Source: Eukaryota sp. GEM-RC1 (taxonomy: Eukaryota). From it: a stretch of 64,000 nt of DNA. Under the pieces are notes generated by a model. That model did no database searches and was not told where the DNA came from. It worked only from the letters and a program-made list of their open reading frames with translations. This document shows positions 1 through 13,720 of the stretch, piece after piece (the first letter of the stretch is position 1; each line of letters starts with the position of its first letter). The position numbers and the translations under genes are program-made. The stretch spans positions 3,286,001 through 3,350,000 of the forward strand of contig JAUFOQ010000001.1 of the NCBI GenBank assembly GCA_040285855.1, in the 5' to 3' direction.

Positions 1-1400
1 AAACTTTTTCTAATTTGATTTAGTTTCTATACTTATAAGTTATAATGAACCAGGTTTCCTCAAAAATAGGTATTTTCCTCTTACTTACCCAGTTCTTTTA
101 GTAATTTAAACAAATATTTTAAAAATGTTAATTTATCAAAGCCAATCTCCAATCAAACCCAATTCCTCCTTCTTCAAAGTATATCCAAAGGGAAATAGAA
201 GCATCTCTCCAACCAAATTCTCCAGGAATATTTGGAATATGAAGAGTATCATCAGGTTTGATATCTAAATAACCACCGATATCGTCAGTTTTCCAACTTT
301 TGAGATGAAGGTAGACAAGTATTGGGAGTCTACGAGGGGAGTTGAGTGATGACGTGATTTGGGAAGATAGAGCATCACACTTGTAATTCTTTTTTTTTGA
401 TTGTTGTTTCAATTTTGACGAAGAATTATTGAGAGATCCTATAGTTGTTCTGTAAGGATTAGGAGTAATTAATTAATTAATTGTAGAAGATGATACAGGG
501 ACTTCATTACATTTCTCGACACTTGTATTTTACTTTTGTTTCTTGATATAGTTTTTGAGGAGACATTTACTTCTTACTGTGGTTTTTAAGGATCCACGTA
601 AATTCCTTTTTATATTCTTACGATGAATGGAATAAAGTTCTTCATTACCTGAATTGTGAGTTAATTGTTGTGCTGGCAGAGAGGGATGCGACTAAGTAGT
701 GAGATAGATAGAAGAGTTCATAGCCATCGTCATTGTTGATTACTTGACGAGCTTTGTGAGTGATTTGAATGAAAGTAGTCTTATTGAGATGCCCTAGATT
801 CTTGCGGCTAGAGCGAAGATTTGCTCTCTATTTTTGAAATTTGTTTATTATATTTAACGTTTTCACGAAGTAGGAGGTGTCATACGATACAGAGAGAACA
901 AAGAACGGGTGTTACACTTCTACAAGGAATACCCGTACTGGGGGAAGAGGAGGAATTACCTTGGATTTTGATATGAGTTGTTCAAGTGAAGCAGGAGAAG
1001 GTAGATTGGAAGAGTGTGGATGACCTTAAGTCACCCATTCAGATTGAAGAGTTTTCTTAACAGATGCAGCAAGGTGCTGCTAATGTAGAAGTCCACGACT
1101 ATAAAGAGAACGGAATCACGTGGCTAGAGAAGAGTGGGAAACAAGAGGTTTGAAAGGAACCAAGGGATTTTTCGGCCTGATCATAGACGATCTTGGAAAT
1201 GTTAGTTGGATAGATCTTAGGGATGTTACCACACCACCACCTTGTTGCAACCAGGATTTCAGCTTTGTTGGGTTTTCTGTAAGGTGCTTGTTTTTTCTGG
1301 GAATACTCAGCATTAAGGATGATAGTCTGGATGGACAAATTTCGCTTGATCTTGAGCCGAAGTATAGAAGTCATCTCGAAGAAGATCGTTAAGTGAACCA
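1..1400 (-). mobile_element. Degenerate LINE (L1/Tx1-like) ORF2 C-terminal remnant; runs off window start
   Basis: Broken minus-strand frames including KSWLQQGGGVVTSL (resembles the L1-type 'L..GGLG..L' post-RT motif). Bases ~1-1170 recur, with an internal deletion, as a diverged direct copy at ~9979-10840. Confidence 0.5.
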
Positions 1401-2580
1401 AGAATAGTTAAGTAGTCTGTATTACCGTCATAAAAAAGTACCTTTGGTGCGTTGAGGATTCTTTTCCACCCTTGATAAAACAAGTGGTTTGTGTGCTACA
1501 CAACTAGAAAACAAATAATATTAATGAATGCAAGGTAATACAGACAATTAAAACAAAATGTCAAACTAACTGCCCCTTTCCGTACCAACAAACAAGGCAA
1601 AATGATATCAACATACTAGTATACATACATTTAAAAAAATTAAATTTAAAATGCGAAAACGTAAATTTACTCTTTACTCTTCAAGTACAATTTGTCCAAC
1701 TTGATATTGATCACAAAATCAAATTTTCTGATTCAAAATATGATTTCTTTTATGAACTCTCTTAATGTTTTTGTGCTCAAAAAATACGTGTGATGCGATT
1801 GCTGTAATGTAATTGAATCACACAGTCTAAATTTAGTGATTCACAACTACTAGTATGATTTGCAGTACTACTAGTACAGAACAAGGGTGTACCACTCACG
1901 TCCAACATCTGTTTCTTCGAAATATGATACATAAACAGTGAATTTCCACCCACACAATCACGTGATGCAACTGCCATTGTCTGAACTTCACAGACACCAA
2001 AGTCTTTCTCGTCAATCTTATTTTTGTGAAATAACTAAAAATAATTCCAGATTCCCACGATAAATTCTCACAATTTTGGTGTGTTTTGCAAAATACATAA
2101 CAATACTTGCAACAAAATACATGTTAGTATATCGTCGAGGTCCCAATACATGCAACCTTAAAACTTAGACAATCATACCTGTTACTCTGCTTGTATTGGA
2201 ACCTTGCTTGTATTATCGTTCTTCCAATATCTCATTTGTAAAATCAAAGAATATTCACGATATGAATTCCAACATTGAATTTGAAAACATACATTGACAA
2301 TCAGGAGTCTTTATGGTCTCTTTGTCACTCGTAATAGTTAAGGACTAACCAATTGACCTAAGTTGTAACCGTTATATTACTTATCGAACTTGAATGATAG
2401 AGGCAAAACACATACAATACGTAACCCCTGGCAACATTGAAAATATATCTGTCTGATGATATTGATTTGAAAATACATTATATTTCTCTCGGTTAGTTGA
2501 GCAACTGTTCAAGTTTGATGTGAAGTCAATGTGAAAACCGAAATCTGTTACCATATAGGGATGCAGTCGCTTGGACTCAG

Positions 2581-2610
2581 TCTTAGTCTTAGTCTTAGTC
2601 TTAGTCTTAG
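2581..2610 (+). repeat. (TCTTAG)5 microsatellite
   Basis: Five perfect TCTTAG units. Confidence 0.95.
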
Positions 2611-3604
2611 TTTTGTTTGTTTGTTTTTCTAAAATGATTTGTTTTTCGGAAGGTTTCTAGATTGGGTACCGAATAAAATTGAATCATTTGTTGAACGACT
2701 TCTAAAATCATAGAAATTCAACAAAGGTAATGACAACATGCAAAATGTATTTGATGGTAAATAGCGAGAGTAGATGTTTTGGTATCCCTTATTCTTCAGA
2801 CCAATTTTATGTATGTCTTCAGTGTGGTTTCTGTGATTGTTTGAAAACCTATCGTTAAAGAGTGTTTAATCTGACTTATCCTTATGATAATGTTAAACAA
2901 TCCAGGTTAGATAAGAGCAAAAACCACCGATGGTTCTAACGTATTGTATACGAATTACTTCATTTTGATGTAATAATTTACGGCCGTTTGGTCAACAACA
3001 CAGTTTTTTGTAATTAACTTTGAAAACGTCTTGTAAAGAGATTATCAAATGCTTTTATCATGTGTTATGGTCATAGAGATTGTGCTTATATTGTTTAAAC
3101 AGATCATCGTATCGTCTTCAGTGATTTTCTATCACTGAGTTTCGTTTACGAGAATAATGAAATGGAAAAGTGTTGTTCCAATGACATCAAATTGCAGTAT
3201 TTATACTTTTTTATAATGATAAAAATCTTTACAAGAAATAACAAATTGCGATAAGTAACCTTCCCAAAAGGCATCAACTGAAAAGGTAGAAAACAACTCA
3301 CTGTGTATAATCACCAGCTCATCAACATTTAATCAACAGTTCTCCAGTCACTGATAATGACGTGACATTAGAAAAAGGGTTTGATTGATTGAAATACAAT
3401 CGACAAACCACGTCTTCATTCAAGAAGTGCATAGGCACTGAACAACAAAGACTATGAGAGAAGCAGTAGGTTGTGTTAGGTTGGTGAAAGTATAGTATAC
3501 AATGTTAAATACCAAAAGTGTTCCATTGGGGGCAAAGGTTCCATTTTGATAGAGAAATAGAAATGGAATGTTGTATCGACATTAGTTCGATTGTTGTTGT
3601 CATT

Positions 3605-3735
3605 AAACTAGGGACATGGTCAACTAAGAAGCGGAGTGACTTACCCTTGCTGTGAATAGAGACACATCATAGGAACAACTCTGGAAATCTAATGGAAGCA
3701 AGAATGAAGGAATAATATCATTAGGAGAAGTCAAA
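3605..3735. repeat. Dispersed repeat (second copy ~9250-9380), probably a LINE fragment
   Basis: ggtcaactaagaag..tgacttacccttgctgtgaa..cataggaacaactctgga..atctaatggaag shared by both loci. Confidence 0.75.
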
Positions 3736-3754
3736 TTGGTCTAGTTGCATGAAA

Positions 3755-4806
3755 CTAAGCTTTTCTCCTTCCCTTCAATTGTCGAGTTCTGTTAACAATT
3801 GCTCCCTTATCTTTCCCAGTAAAATGTTGAGCAACCAATCTATACACTGGAGTTTTCACGTGTACAGCTTGAGAACACATCATGACACGTAAGCAGTGAT
3901 CCTTCTGATGATAATTCTTATACATTCCCATAGCCAATATCAACTTCAAATCATCAGTCAATGTCCAACCACCAACTCTAATAGCTTTCCTAACTTTCCT
4001 TAGATATCTCTCTTGAAGTGTCTTTATCGAGGCTTCTGGTATCCTACCAACAGCACAAGCAGCACGGAGAGCATTGGGATTGTGTTCTAGATAAGAGAGA
4101 GCCAAAGGGTAGTTAAAGGAGTAGGATGGGGCTACGATCTTCTTCATGTAGTGAGAGAAGAGAGAGGAAGTAGAACGGGAGGGAGAGATTGGGAATGATT
4201 GAGAAGTTTGGAGGTTGTATTGTTGGGATATGAGTGACCAATCTAGTACTTGAGGGGGAGAACCTGGAGGAGGGACAAGAGATTGGAGGAGGGAGAGATC
4301 ACTTGGAGACATTGGACTATTAGAAAAGGAAGAAAAGTGATGGAGATAGACAGAGCGAACAACATCAGGAGACATGTAGATAGGGCAAATAGCAGTCGTT
4401 ATTTCATCCCACTCAATTGAGTCTAAAAAGATAGAGACATCGAACTGGGGAGTGTGTGGTACTTTGTTGTTAAAGCAAAAAGAGAGTATGTAAGATGGAG
4501 TTGGTACTGTACAAGGGTCTGGAGTTTTTTCAAGCGGTTTTTAGTCCATTTATAGTTACGTTGTTGTAGTAGAGAAAACACACCAGAGGAAATAGCCCAA
4601 TGATTTGCGTGATTTGAGTCAGACTTTGATGAAATTGGAGCGAGTTCAGAGAGTTTAAGTGGAAAACATTCATGAATTAGAGTTCTATGTCTGGATAACC
4701 AGTTTTCAGCGAGTCGACGAATAACATTAGATCGTTCAAGGAGAATTACATTAGAAGTGTGTAGTTGTTGAAATAGTTCCGTGGAAGAGGGAAAGAACTG
4801 GGACAT
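3755..4806 (-). CDS. Myb/SANT-repeat protein (SNAPC4/SNAP190-like); one homopolymer frameshift; 5' end uncertain
   Basis: ORFs 4423-4806 and 3755-4375 join if G4 at 4447-4450 is G5 (..LPQFDVSIFLDSIEWDEIT..). Myb motifs: YKWTKNRLKKL, IEWDEI, LDWSLIS, LQERYLRKVRKAIRVGGWTLTDDLKL. Confidence 0.6.
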
Positions 4807-5999
4807 ATCAGAAGTGCCATCTGGTTTGGTTTGGTTTGATTCTGGTTCTCGAAATTTTGAACCTCTCGCTGGAACTTAACCGCCTACCGCTGGAAATACT
4901 CTCAGAGAGAGTAATGAAGTAGGGATTACCACTACATGTAGCAGAATTTCTTTCACCTCATAGTCTCAGTCTCCAAACCTGCGTCATTGAAGGTTAACAC
5001 CCACTCAAGAAACTAAACTACCTCAAACTCAAACTGTTGTCAGGGGGGTTCCTAGGAAGAGGAAACATCTTACTTTCTTTGCTACTTTCTGATCGAGACT
5101 CTCGCTGTCTAATTGAACTTATCTATCTATATTCTTCCCTCATCTGCTAACATCTGATGACGTGACTTGATGACGTGATGTTCACTTCCTCGTTGCATGT
5201 AATGTACAAATCGAGTGTACCACGTGTTGTGTCTGTTGGATGCCACGTGGCATTCTTTTAAATCGCCAATTGACGAGTTTAGGGAGTGGAAAATCAAGAA
5301 ATTGATAGGGGCAAATTGATATTCGATCACCCCATCGATTGTTGAAAACCTCTTGTTTGTCAATGATGACTTGTAAACTCAGTTCTAGGATGATAATCTG
5401 CTAGATTAGTGCTGATACTTTACCAAATTAACCTAAGGGTTTGAATCGTTTACACGTTTATCACTAGTAGAAGTCTTCACCTGTCTTGTGAAGTGGTACA
5501 CCTAATAGCGGTTAAAATATATGTTTACTGTTACTGAGTGTGTCGAGTCAATCAAATACCTACCATCATTTGTAACTATCAATCAATCCTTTATTGGAAG
5601 TTTCGACTCTCTTCTAAAGTCCATTTTTGTTCTCTTCTAATCGACACGTTTCGATTAAATCAGCCTGGGCCAGAATATTTTCAGTTCAGACTAATTAAGC
5701 CGATTGGTGTAATTTCCTAAGTATGAGTTTTACCCCAGTAATCTGTATTTTCACTAGAGTAATTATTTAAATCCTTGTGGTAGTCGATCAATCTTCGCAA
5801 TTAGACAAAGAGGTTGTTTTTCCATTGGAGATGTATACTGATCATTATTAGTTTGCTATCATATTGTCTGATAATGAAAGTAAATTTTCTTATCAATATG
5901 TGATGTCACTTCTTATATATATTTACATATGAAATTTTGATCTAGATTTCCGTAGGAAAAGATACATCCTCTCGAAGTATTTGTATCAATTAGTTTGAA

Positions 6000-6480
6000 G
6001 ACAAAATGTCTGAAACTCTGACCAAATATAATTGAATGATCTACACAAATACAACGATAATCTTGGAGCTATTAAGTCAGATAGATTTTGTTCTTGGGAG
6101 CAAATTCAGAAGATAAGACAAGTTTGACGAGCAAGTAGGGCGATGAATTGAAGTTAGTTGAACAGACGTGATATGTGAAACAGAAGGTGTATGAGTTGAA
6201 GGAATATCGGACAATTTGATATATTTTATCGGTGAGGCTATAACTTTTTTAACTAGAGGTCTCCCAGGAAATATAAATAGAGAACATCAGTTGGGGAAAC
6301 TGGTTTCTCTGACAGTTTCGATCTGTGTGGCGAGTTTTAGATACTTCAATAGTTCCTCATCAGCTTCTTTGGCTTAGGAATGGTAGACATTGATCACAGA
6401 CAATAGATTGACTTCAATAAATGTTCGTCAGAAGGTGCTTCACTGAGAAGTCCAAGAACTGGATCATAGTAAGTGCTAAG
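6000..6480 (-). mobile_element. Degenerate LINE APE-endonuclease remnant
   Basis: Minus-strand LSVINVY.. followed by FLGDL* (GDxN motif), with many stops. Confidence 0.35.
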
Positions 6481-7859
6481 ACAGTGTACTGTTCGCCTTT
6501 ACACATTAGAGTTAGGAATACGTTTATTGGTAATACTATGAACTAGAATACGTGATACCCAACTGGTGTCACAGACGCAAAACCAACCATTGCTCTTTTG
6601 ACAGGAGTTGTTGGGTCTGGTTAATGTTGCTCGAATTGTGGAAGTTGGTCTTCTCTGAGAGCTGATTTCTTCTGACACGAGAGAGTAGTACGAAGTTGAT
6701 GATGTATCTGAGGCTTGATGGCCTGGGTTCTTTGTAGAACGTGGTGTAAACGTGAGATGAATTCACCCCATTGCTCTTCGGATTCTGCGATGGATCTTGT
6801 TCAGCTCATTCAAGGTAGTGGTCTCGTCTGGGAATTGAGTACGCTTGAGGAGAGCTAACCATAGAGAGGGTTCTTACCATCCCATTCCTTTTGCATTGAC
6901 AGTTGGGACTGTATGTCAAACTTCACGAAGCGTTGGAGGTAAGAGGGGTCAGCTGTCATTGCATCAGCTCGAACGAAGTCGAAGAAGTGTCTTGACCATC
7001 CGAATGGAGCCCCTACCGGTGGTTTGTGGTTAGGGTCGATTACGCTCCATTGAAGGTAGTAGGTTGCAAAGTCAATGATGTCGTTGGGTTTCAGACTCTT
7101 CCTGCCACCGCTTTCAGATGTACCTTTTTCCTACCATTGACCTGCACTGGCTGTACAGTCATTGTGGTTCTACTGAGTTTTTCCAATTGTGATTCATGGT
7201 CTTTAAACATTCGGCTCGCTTTCACCAATGCAGCGTTCGCATTACTGGAAAATACATCAGGAAATGCTCTAATTGCTCGTGATGATATTTTGACTACACC
7301 ATTTTGTGTTTCCTGTCGCATTCATTCCAAACATGCTTTTCTTTTGCAAGAGGAGCTACTTTTTGAGATCGGCGTTTTCTAGAAGCAGAGTTTGCACGGG
7401 AACTTCTCGTATCCTTTTCAGGAGAAGGTTTTGAGGTACCATCGTCCGTTTCAGGAGTTTCAGAAGAAGAGACTCCACCAAACAGAGCCGAAAGTTTGTA
7501 TGTGGTGAGTTTCATCTTGGCGTTATCTGCCAATTTATATTGTTGCTTTGAGCATATGTTTGAAAGTGAAGACATATGAAATTTGATGAAATCAAGATGG
7601 TTAATGTTTGTATCTATTACTATTATATACCTACAAATTTAATAAAATACATATTTTTAACTGTGTTTGCACCGTTGTTTAAGTCTCAAACTACTAGTTT
7701 AACTGATTAACTTTGCATAGCCGTTTTGATTTTTCTCTGTTCCGATCGATGATTACGTCTATTAAATCAATTATCACGAAGTTATCTGCCCAGTTTGATT
7801 AAATCTTTAGAGGATTTCATTTGTGATGTATTAAAGTAGACAAACTTTACCCATCAGGT

Positions 7860-8200
7860 ACCAAAAATCCTCCGCAATGTCATTCTACTGGTACAGAATC
7901 AAGTGGGAGTGTCTCTCAACTATTAAAAAGTTTTGGTTTTTATGGATGATTTACTGTCAATCATTGCTAGGTATTAGTGTCCACTACTCAAAGGATGGTA
8001 CCATTCAGGGTCTTTGCCTTGATCAACACAGTGAAGAACTGCGAGACACAGTGGTTAAATGAGTCACAGATTTTGTTTTTTTGGAAACAAATTCTAGGTG
8101 TGATGACTGACTGTTGGAAATATTAGATGCCCTTTTCGAGGAGAGTTCTATCAGTTTTGATTGATTACAATGTACTCATAAAATCCCTACTTACATAACA
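7860..8200 (+). mobile_element. hAT transposase remnant
   Basis: QSLLGISVHYSKDGTIQGLCL..HSEEL and, in another frame, ILGVMTD. These resemble the hAT catalytic-core pattern SxLGITxHY...HT...TDN. Confidence 0.5.
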
Positions 8201-8774
8201 GTTGAGTTTGCTCAGAAGTGAGTATTGAGTATAGTAATAATCAAGATTTGCTTTGATTCTTCTTATGGTAAATTCGTACTAGTAGTGATGTTACTGGTTG
8301 GAACGTGTCTGACAAGACCGTCGAACCATGGCCTGTTGATTTTCAAAAAGGTCCAGTATATATGTGCTCCTAGATATCATTTGGAAGGTTCAACCGAATC
8401 TGTTCACTCTAGCTGAAACATCGTTCTTTGGCAAATTATTGAGGAAATATTTGTTCCCATCGTAATCTCGGGAAAGATTTGTTTTGTACAAATAGCAGAT
8501 ATTTTGTATAGATTACAGATATTCGTTGAATTAAAAAATGTTTTTTCATTCTAACAGTGTTTCTTCTCTTTATTTTGGTTGACGAGGGCTACATGACACA
8601 TCATTGTATCAGTTATAAAAGATTCCTGTTGGAATATCTCTTCCAACTCGTTACTTGAGAAATCTGATTCCTCCACGAATTCTGGAAGGATTCAACATTC
8701 CTTGAATTTGATTGAATCGTTCACCATCTCCTCCAATATTTCTCATAAATGTGTAGAAAAATAGTGTAACAGTA

Positions 8775-8848
8775 TTTTTTTTGAGAAGACACTTTTATTA
8801 TAAATGTAATAGATCAACCAACAAAACTTTGATATCATTAAAACAGCA
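8775..8848 (-). mobile_element. Extremely 5'-truncated RLE-retroposon 3' end
   Basis: Minus strand encodes CCFNDIK, then has AATAAA and an A8 tract (T8 at 8775-8782). 8828-8845 is identical to 63793-63810. Confidence 0.55.
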
Positions 8849-8867
8849 CCTAACCCTAACCCTAACC
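8849..8867. repeat. Interstitial telomere-like repeat, ~3 x CCCTAA/TTAGGG
   Basis: cctaaccctaaccctaacc. Confidence 0.7.
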
Positions 8868-9978
8868 TACATCAAAATTCAATACACTTTTTCCTAAACG
8901 TCCGAAAATTGGAAACAGCAAAAGGGCATAATTCATATTCAAAATGTTGTACTTTGTAATTTTTTTTGGTAACTCGACTGAGTACAACCAAAACGATGAG
9001 TTCTATATATATTCTGTTTTTTCATGGATGAAACTGCACTGTTCCGGAAAGCCAGGCTAACATCAACCATATCAGTGTAAAAACTACTGTTTGGACAGCA
9101 GCAAAGTGAACAAAGAAAAACTGTGGTAATTCTTTAACTACAACGGAAATAAAAAGGCTGATCAAATAAACGAATCGATGCTATTGATCTAGTAATATTG
9201 AAGTGTTCTGCTGGAATTTAATTAGAACGTAAAGCAAAAGTCAGTGACCATTGTATAGCTGGGTCAACTAAGAAGAGGACTGACTTACCCTTGCTGTGAA
9301 CAAAGAGATTTCATAGGAACAACTCTGGACATCTAATGGAAGTAAGAGTGAAGGAAGAATAGCATTAGGAGAAGAGTCAAGTTGAGTGCAGAACAAGTCA
9401 GAATGATCACTCTTTCAACCTAATGTCACCTCCTAATCCTCCTAGCGTTGCTTCTCGTGGACTGGGATCGCCCTGGTATCGGCGCGCAACCTTACGTCGT
9501 CAAGTTGATCCTCTACCTTCGAGTTTTCTTCTACTTCGCTCTTAAGTTGTTCTGCTCCTTTCACTTAAATGATCACGTGATCTCTCATTGGCTGAGACAT
9601 TCATGAGTGTGTTACAATCACACGAAAGACTCTTCTAGATTCTCTTCTTCATTATGCGAATGCCTTTGCCAGTCTTCTCAATTTTTCTTCTTCTCTCTCT
9701 ACTTTGCTTTCTCTCATTACCACCTGTTCTTCTCTAGTGTCATTTGGGGTCATCGATGCAATTTTTATAACTGTTGATGGAGAATTCTTTATGTTACAGA
9801 CTTCTTCTTCCTCTTCTATCAATATTCTTATTAAATGGTTCTACTCAGTGGAGGAAGGAATTTTCACTACTCAGAATCTTTTTTTAATTATTTATAGATA
9901 TATTGAAGTATTCTTTTACGTTATTTTAATCTTTTGTAATGGCTAAAGCCAATTACTACATCAATTTAAATTGGTCAG

Positions 9979-10840
9979 AAACTTGTTCTAATTTGATTTA
10001 GTTTCTAGACTTATAAGTTATAATAAACGAGACTTCCTCAAAAATAGGTATTTTGCTCTTACTTTACCGGTTCTTTTAGTAATTGAAACTGATAATTAAC
10101 AAATTTTAATTTAGTAAAGCCCATCTCCAACCAAACCCAATTCCTCCTTCTTCAAAGTATATCCAAAGGGAAATAGAAGCATCTCTCCAACCAAATTCTC
10201 CAGGAATATTTGGAATATGAAGAGTATCACCAGGTTTGATATCTAAATAATCACCGATATCGTCCGTTTTCCAACTTTTGAGATGAAGGTAGACAAGTAT
10301 TGGGAGTCTACGAGGGAAGAGTTGAGTGATGACGTGATTTGGGAAGATAGAGCATCATACTTGAAGTAGTGAGATAGATAGAAGAGATGATAGTCATCAC
10401 CATTGTTGATTACTTGACGAGCTTTTTGCGGTGTTTGAATGAAATTAGTCTTTTGAGATGACCTAAATTCTTGCTTCTAGAGCGAAGATTTGCTCTCTAT
10501 TTTTGAAATTTGTTGATTATATTTAACGTTTTAATGAAGTAGGAGGTGTCATACGATACAGAGAGAACAAAGAACGGGGTGTTCCACTTCTACGAGGAAC
10601 ACTAGCAGTGGGGGATAAGGAATTACCTTGGATTTAGAATGAGTTGTTCAAGTGAAGCAGGAGGAGAAGGTAGAGTGGAAGAGTGTGGATGACCTTAAAT
10701 CACCCATTCTGTTTGAAGAGTTTTCTTAACAGATTCAGCAAGGTGCTGCTAATGTTGAAGTCCACGACAATAAAGAGAACGGAAGAACATGGCTAGAAAA
10801 GAATGGGAAACAGTCTTGAAAGGAACTAAGGGGTTCTTGT
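9979..10840 (-). mobile_element. Second copy of the LINE-like remnant at 1-1170
   Basis: Long near-identical blocks, e.g. ccaattcctccttcttcaaagtatatccaaagggaaatagaagcatctctccaaccaaattctccaggaatatttggaatatgaagagtatc. Confidence 0.75.
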
Positions 10841-11069
10841 GCTTGTCACTGAAGTCTAAGTGCCACAGGTCGTGGAAGAACTTGCAGTTAAGAGCAAGAA
10901 ACGGATTCGTTGATCAGGTACCTTTTAGATAGATAATCGGACAGTACTTTGACTGGATTAAAAAAAGAATTGAATAAATATGTTGTACAAAACCTGTTGT
11001 TGATTGATATCCTTTTGGATAATAGTTTTTTTTACACAACAGTTTATAGAAACAGTGAACAATGAGCAA

Positions 11070-12080
11070 AATCTAGAACTCAATGATATTTAAGCAACAT
11101 TCATTGCCATTAAAACTCACAACAGCTTTTTCTACATAGAAAACACTGAGAGCTAATAGGAGCTTTCGAAATCATTAGAGGAATTGCTTTTTAAAAATTG
11201 TGAAGGGATTACGATTCAGCCATAACTTAGAATCAAAATTCTTGTTCTTTCTTTTTGACAACTTTCTCAAAATCAGAAAGAAAACAAAGAACATCTTTAC
11301 CAAGTCAACAATAAATTGAAATGTCAAAACGACATAATTTGTACTCAACATGTCTAGTATGTTTGAGAGCAGTCAAGGGAACATCATATTTGTTTCTCTT
11401 AAATTGTTCTGAAAAATCAAGAGGAGACACTTCATTTTTAGTATCTTTAAATACACTTTTTGCAAACATCCACAGTAATCACATCAACAACCGTCAGTTT
11501 ATCATAGTCTGAACCCACCGATGACGTCAGCTCTTTTTTTTACCAAAAGTCTTATCACAATCACTATTTTATTAAATTTATGATCTCAAGTGATCAACAG
11601 TGGCTCAACGGAAGATTCGATTTTGTAAGACTTACACACAGCATGAAATTGGTCTCTGTTAGCATCATGAATGCAAGCTCGATTTGGACTGAAACGGTTA
11701 CAACATAAAAGGTGAGAAAAGGTAACTAATTGACCACATATACATTCACAATCAATAGGTAAACTAAAGGGCCACAAGAACAAACTAAGTCTAAATGTAG
11801 TAATCCACTGATGATCATTCAACAACAAACCATCAATCTGTGGAATTTGGTGAATCAAAGCAACTGAAGAACTGACCTTCATATCGATTAATAAATGAGC
11901 GAACGCTTGATTTGTTTCTTTCGCCGAGCCAAGTCGAATTTTTAAAATCTAGACATTCAAAAGGTGTTTCTTAAGAGTAAATATCAATGACATCACACAG
12001 TGTTCAGACAATTAGCAATTATCAGCCGGGAAACAAGTTTGTCAAAGATCAGGAGAAATTGTCGTTAATTCTCAAATTTT
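11070..12080 (-). mobile_element. Degenerate RLE-type (CRE/NeSL-like) non-LTR retrotransposon, 3' portion
   Basis: GLLLNDHQW..FRLSL, CECICG..HLLCC..IHDANRD..VEPL; further 3', FTIFK..ISKA..CCLNIIEF*. Homologous to ORF 37847-39643. Confidence 0.8.
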
Positions 12081-12329
12081 CCAAGAAAAAACTAAAATAA
12101 AGTCCTTATCAATTTACCTTTTCTGTAGATTTTTGCTCTGTAGAAAGAATAACTAGAATAAAGAATATACATGAGACCGATTCAACGATAAACTTATTAC
12201 CAAGAGTAGAATTGGCAAAGTTTGAAGGCTGATTCTTGTTGTTTTATGTAACTAAGAAAAGCAAAAGCTACGACACTGAATTCCATTTCGTGTCGATTTC
12301 ACTTAGTCACTCACATTTCTTTCACAAAT

Positions 12330-12990
12330 AGAAACTCTCACATTATGTTATCCATAACTCCCACAAACAGGTACTATAAAAATGAGTCCAACAACCAAAT
12401 CGACACGTGGCATAAATATGGCTAACATAAAGACGTGATCTCAGAGGAATTTATTGAATAGCGGATGATTGGTTCGACTTATTTAAGTAACTGGCAGAAA
12501 GAAAAAGAGGAAGGCAACATGCATTTGTACACTCCCAAATCAAATGACAAATTATGCTCAGCCGTTTCAAGTTCAAACAATTCGGAAATCTCGAGATGTT
12601 AAAACAACAACATTTAGTCACGTCATTAGAGTGAGTGTTGATTAGGATAACAAAGGTACAAATAAGTCAATCATCGCAAGTATTCAAGTCTGAGAGATCA
12701 CATACGAGTTCTTGACAGACGAAGTTCAATGGCAGCACTCATAAGTATCTAGAGGGAAGGGAAAAACAAAAGGTGAACAACGTGAAATGAAAGTCATCAC
12801 GTGATTAACACTGGTAGACAAGCTTGTTGTAGTCTTCAACGATGATGGTGGGGTGACTGTTGAAGAGAGGTTTACCGAAGGCAAGCAGTTAACAAGCGCG
12901 GCTTATGACTGAGGTTGATCCTTCACCAACTTCTTCATATTGGGTTAGCGCTAGTTCGATCTTAGTTCTAGCAGCGGGAGAAACGACGTC
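12330..12990 (-). mobile_element. LINE (L1/Tx1-like) 3' region remnant; paralog at ~18400-19050
   Basis: Diverged direct repeat of 18400-19050. Minus strand of the paralog reads ETTGHNLLFD...CLWELWIT*CERV, like the L1-type C-terminal ET..HLLF.C / W.LW..RN motif. Confidence 0.55.
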
Positions 12991-13399
12991 AATTGGTATT
13001 AATAGTAGGTTTGTGCATTATTATGTTGAAACTATAAATCGTTTTAGATGTGTCATACTTATCATCATGTGTGTTGAGAATTGCCAGGAAGTATTTAATT
13101 AAATTTATCTGATGTGATCTGTTCAAATTTGGAAGAATTAAATATGGAATTCATTCTTGAAAATATACGAATATGATTCGCATCAACAGACCTACACTTT
13201 CTGGACTTCTAATCGTCACTACGGTCACTGGTTTTCCATAGTGACGTTTGCTGTCACGACGTAACAGACCAGATCATCTGAGAGAGTTTCGATCTCGTTC
13301 AGATCTGGGTTAACTGGACTTCTTTTTTTCAGAATCGCTACTCAATTCCTACAATAGACGTTGGTTTTCAGTCTACCAAGGACATCCTAATCAGGACAG

Positions 13400-13720
13400 T
13401 AATACTTCAACCCAACGCTATTAGCAATTAATACCAAGTGAGCGGAAATAGAATCTCATGTGAACACGCATATCCAAGCAAGAGCAAACTTCCTGAAGCA
13501 AACTATTAGTCTTTTCGTTCCCCACAATGAAAAACTTTGACAGTGAGTGACAATTTGGAAAGGAGTTGGGGGAGGAGAGGGGAGGAGAAGCTCGTTCCTT
13601 TACTATTCCAATACGATCTTCCCAAGAACACAAGCCATAATGGCCTTATTTGCTACAATTGAAGCAAGTAATAGAACTTTTATCAGGAGTTCGAGGTTCT
13701 GAGCGTGGGAAAAAGCAGCA
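13400..13720 (-). mobile_element. LTR-retrotransposon gag zinc-knuckle/protease remnant
   Basis: Minus strand ITCFNCSK*GHYGLC (CCHC knuckle), followed by a degenerate LD..DSISAHL aspartic-protease-like segment. Confidence 0.5.

Noticed and set aside
2581..2610. (TTAGTC)n as a telomere variant
   Set aside because: A single short microsatellite with no supporting context.
1777..3200. Possible Mutator/SWIM remnant
   Set aside because: Too degenerate to support.
6570..7575. Possible gag-like and pogo-like transposase fragments on the minus strand
   Set aside because: Only vague resemblance (GEFISRL; LKAVAGR) with no diagnostic motif.
9445..9500. GC-rich patch with HDV-ribozyme-like TTCTCGTGG and GTTGC/GCAAC pairing
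   Set aside because: Could not build convincing P1 and P3 helices.
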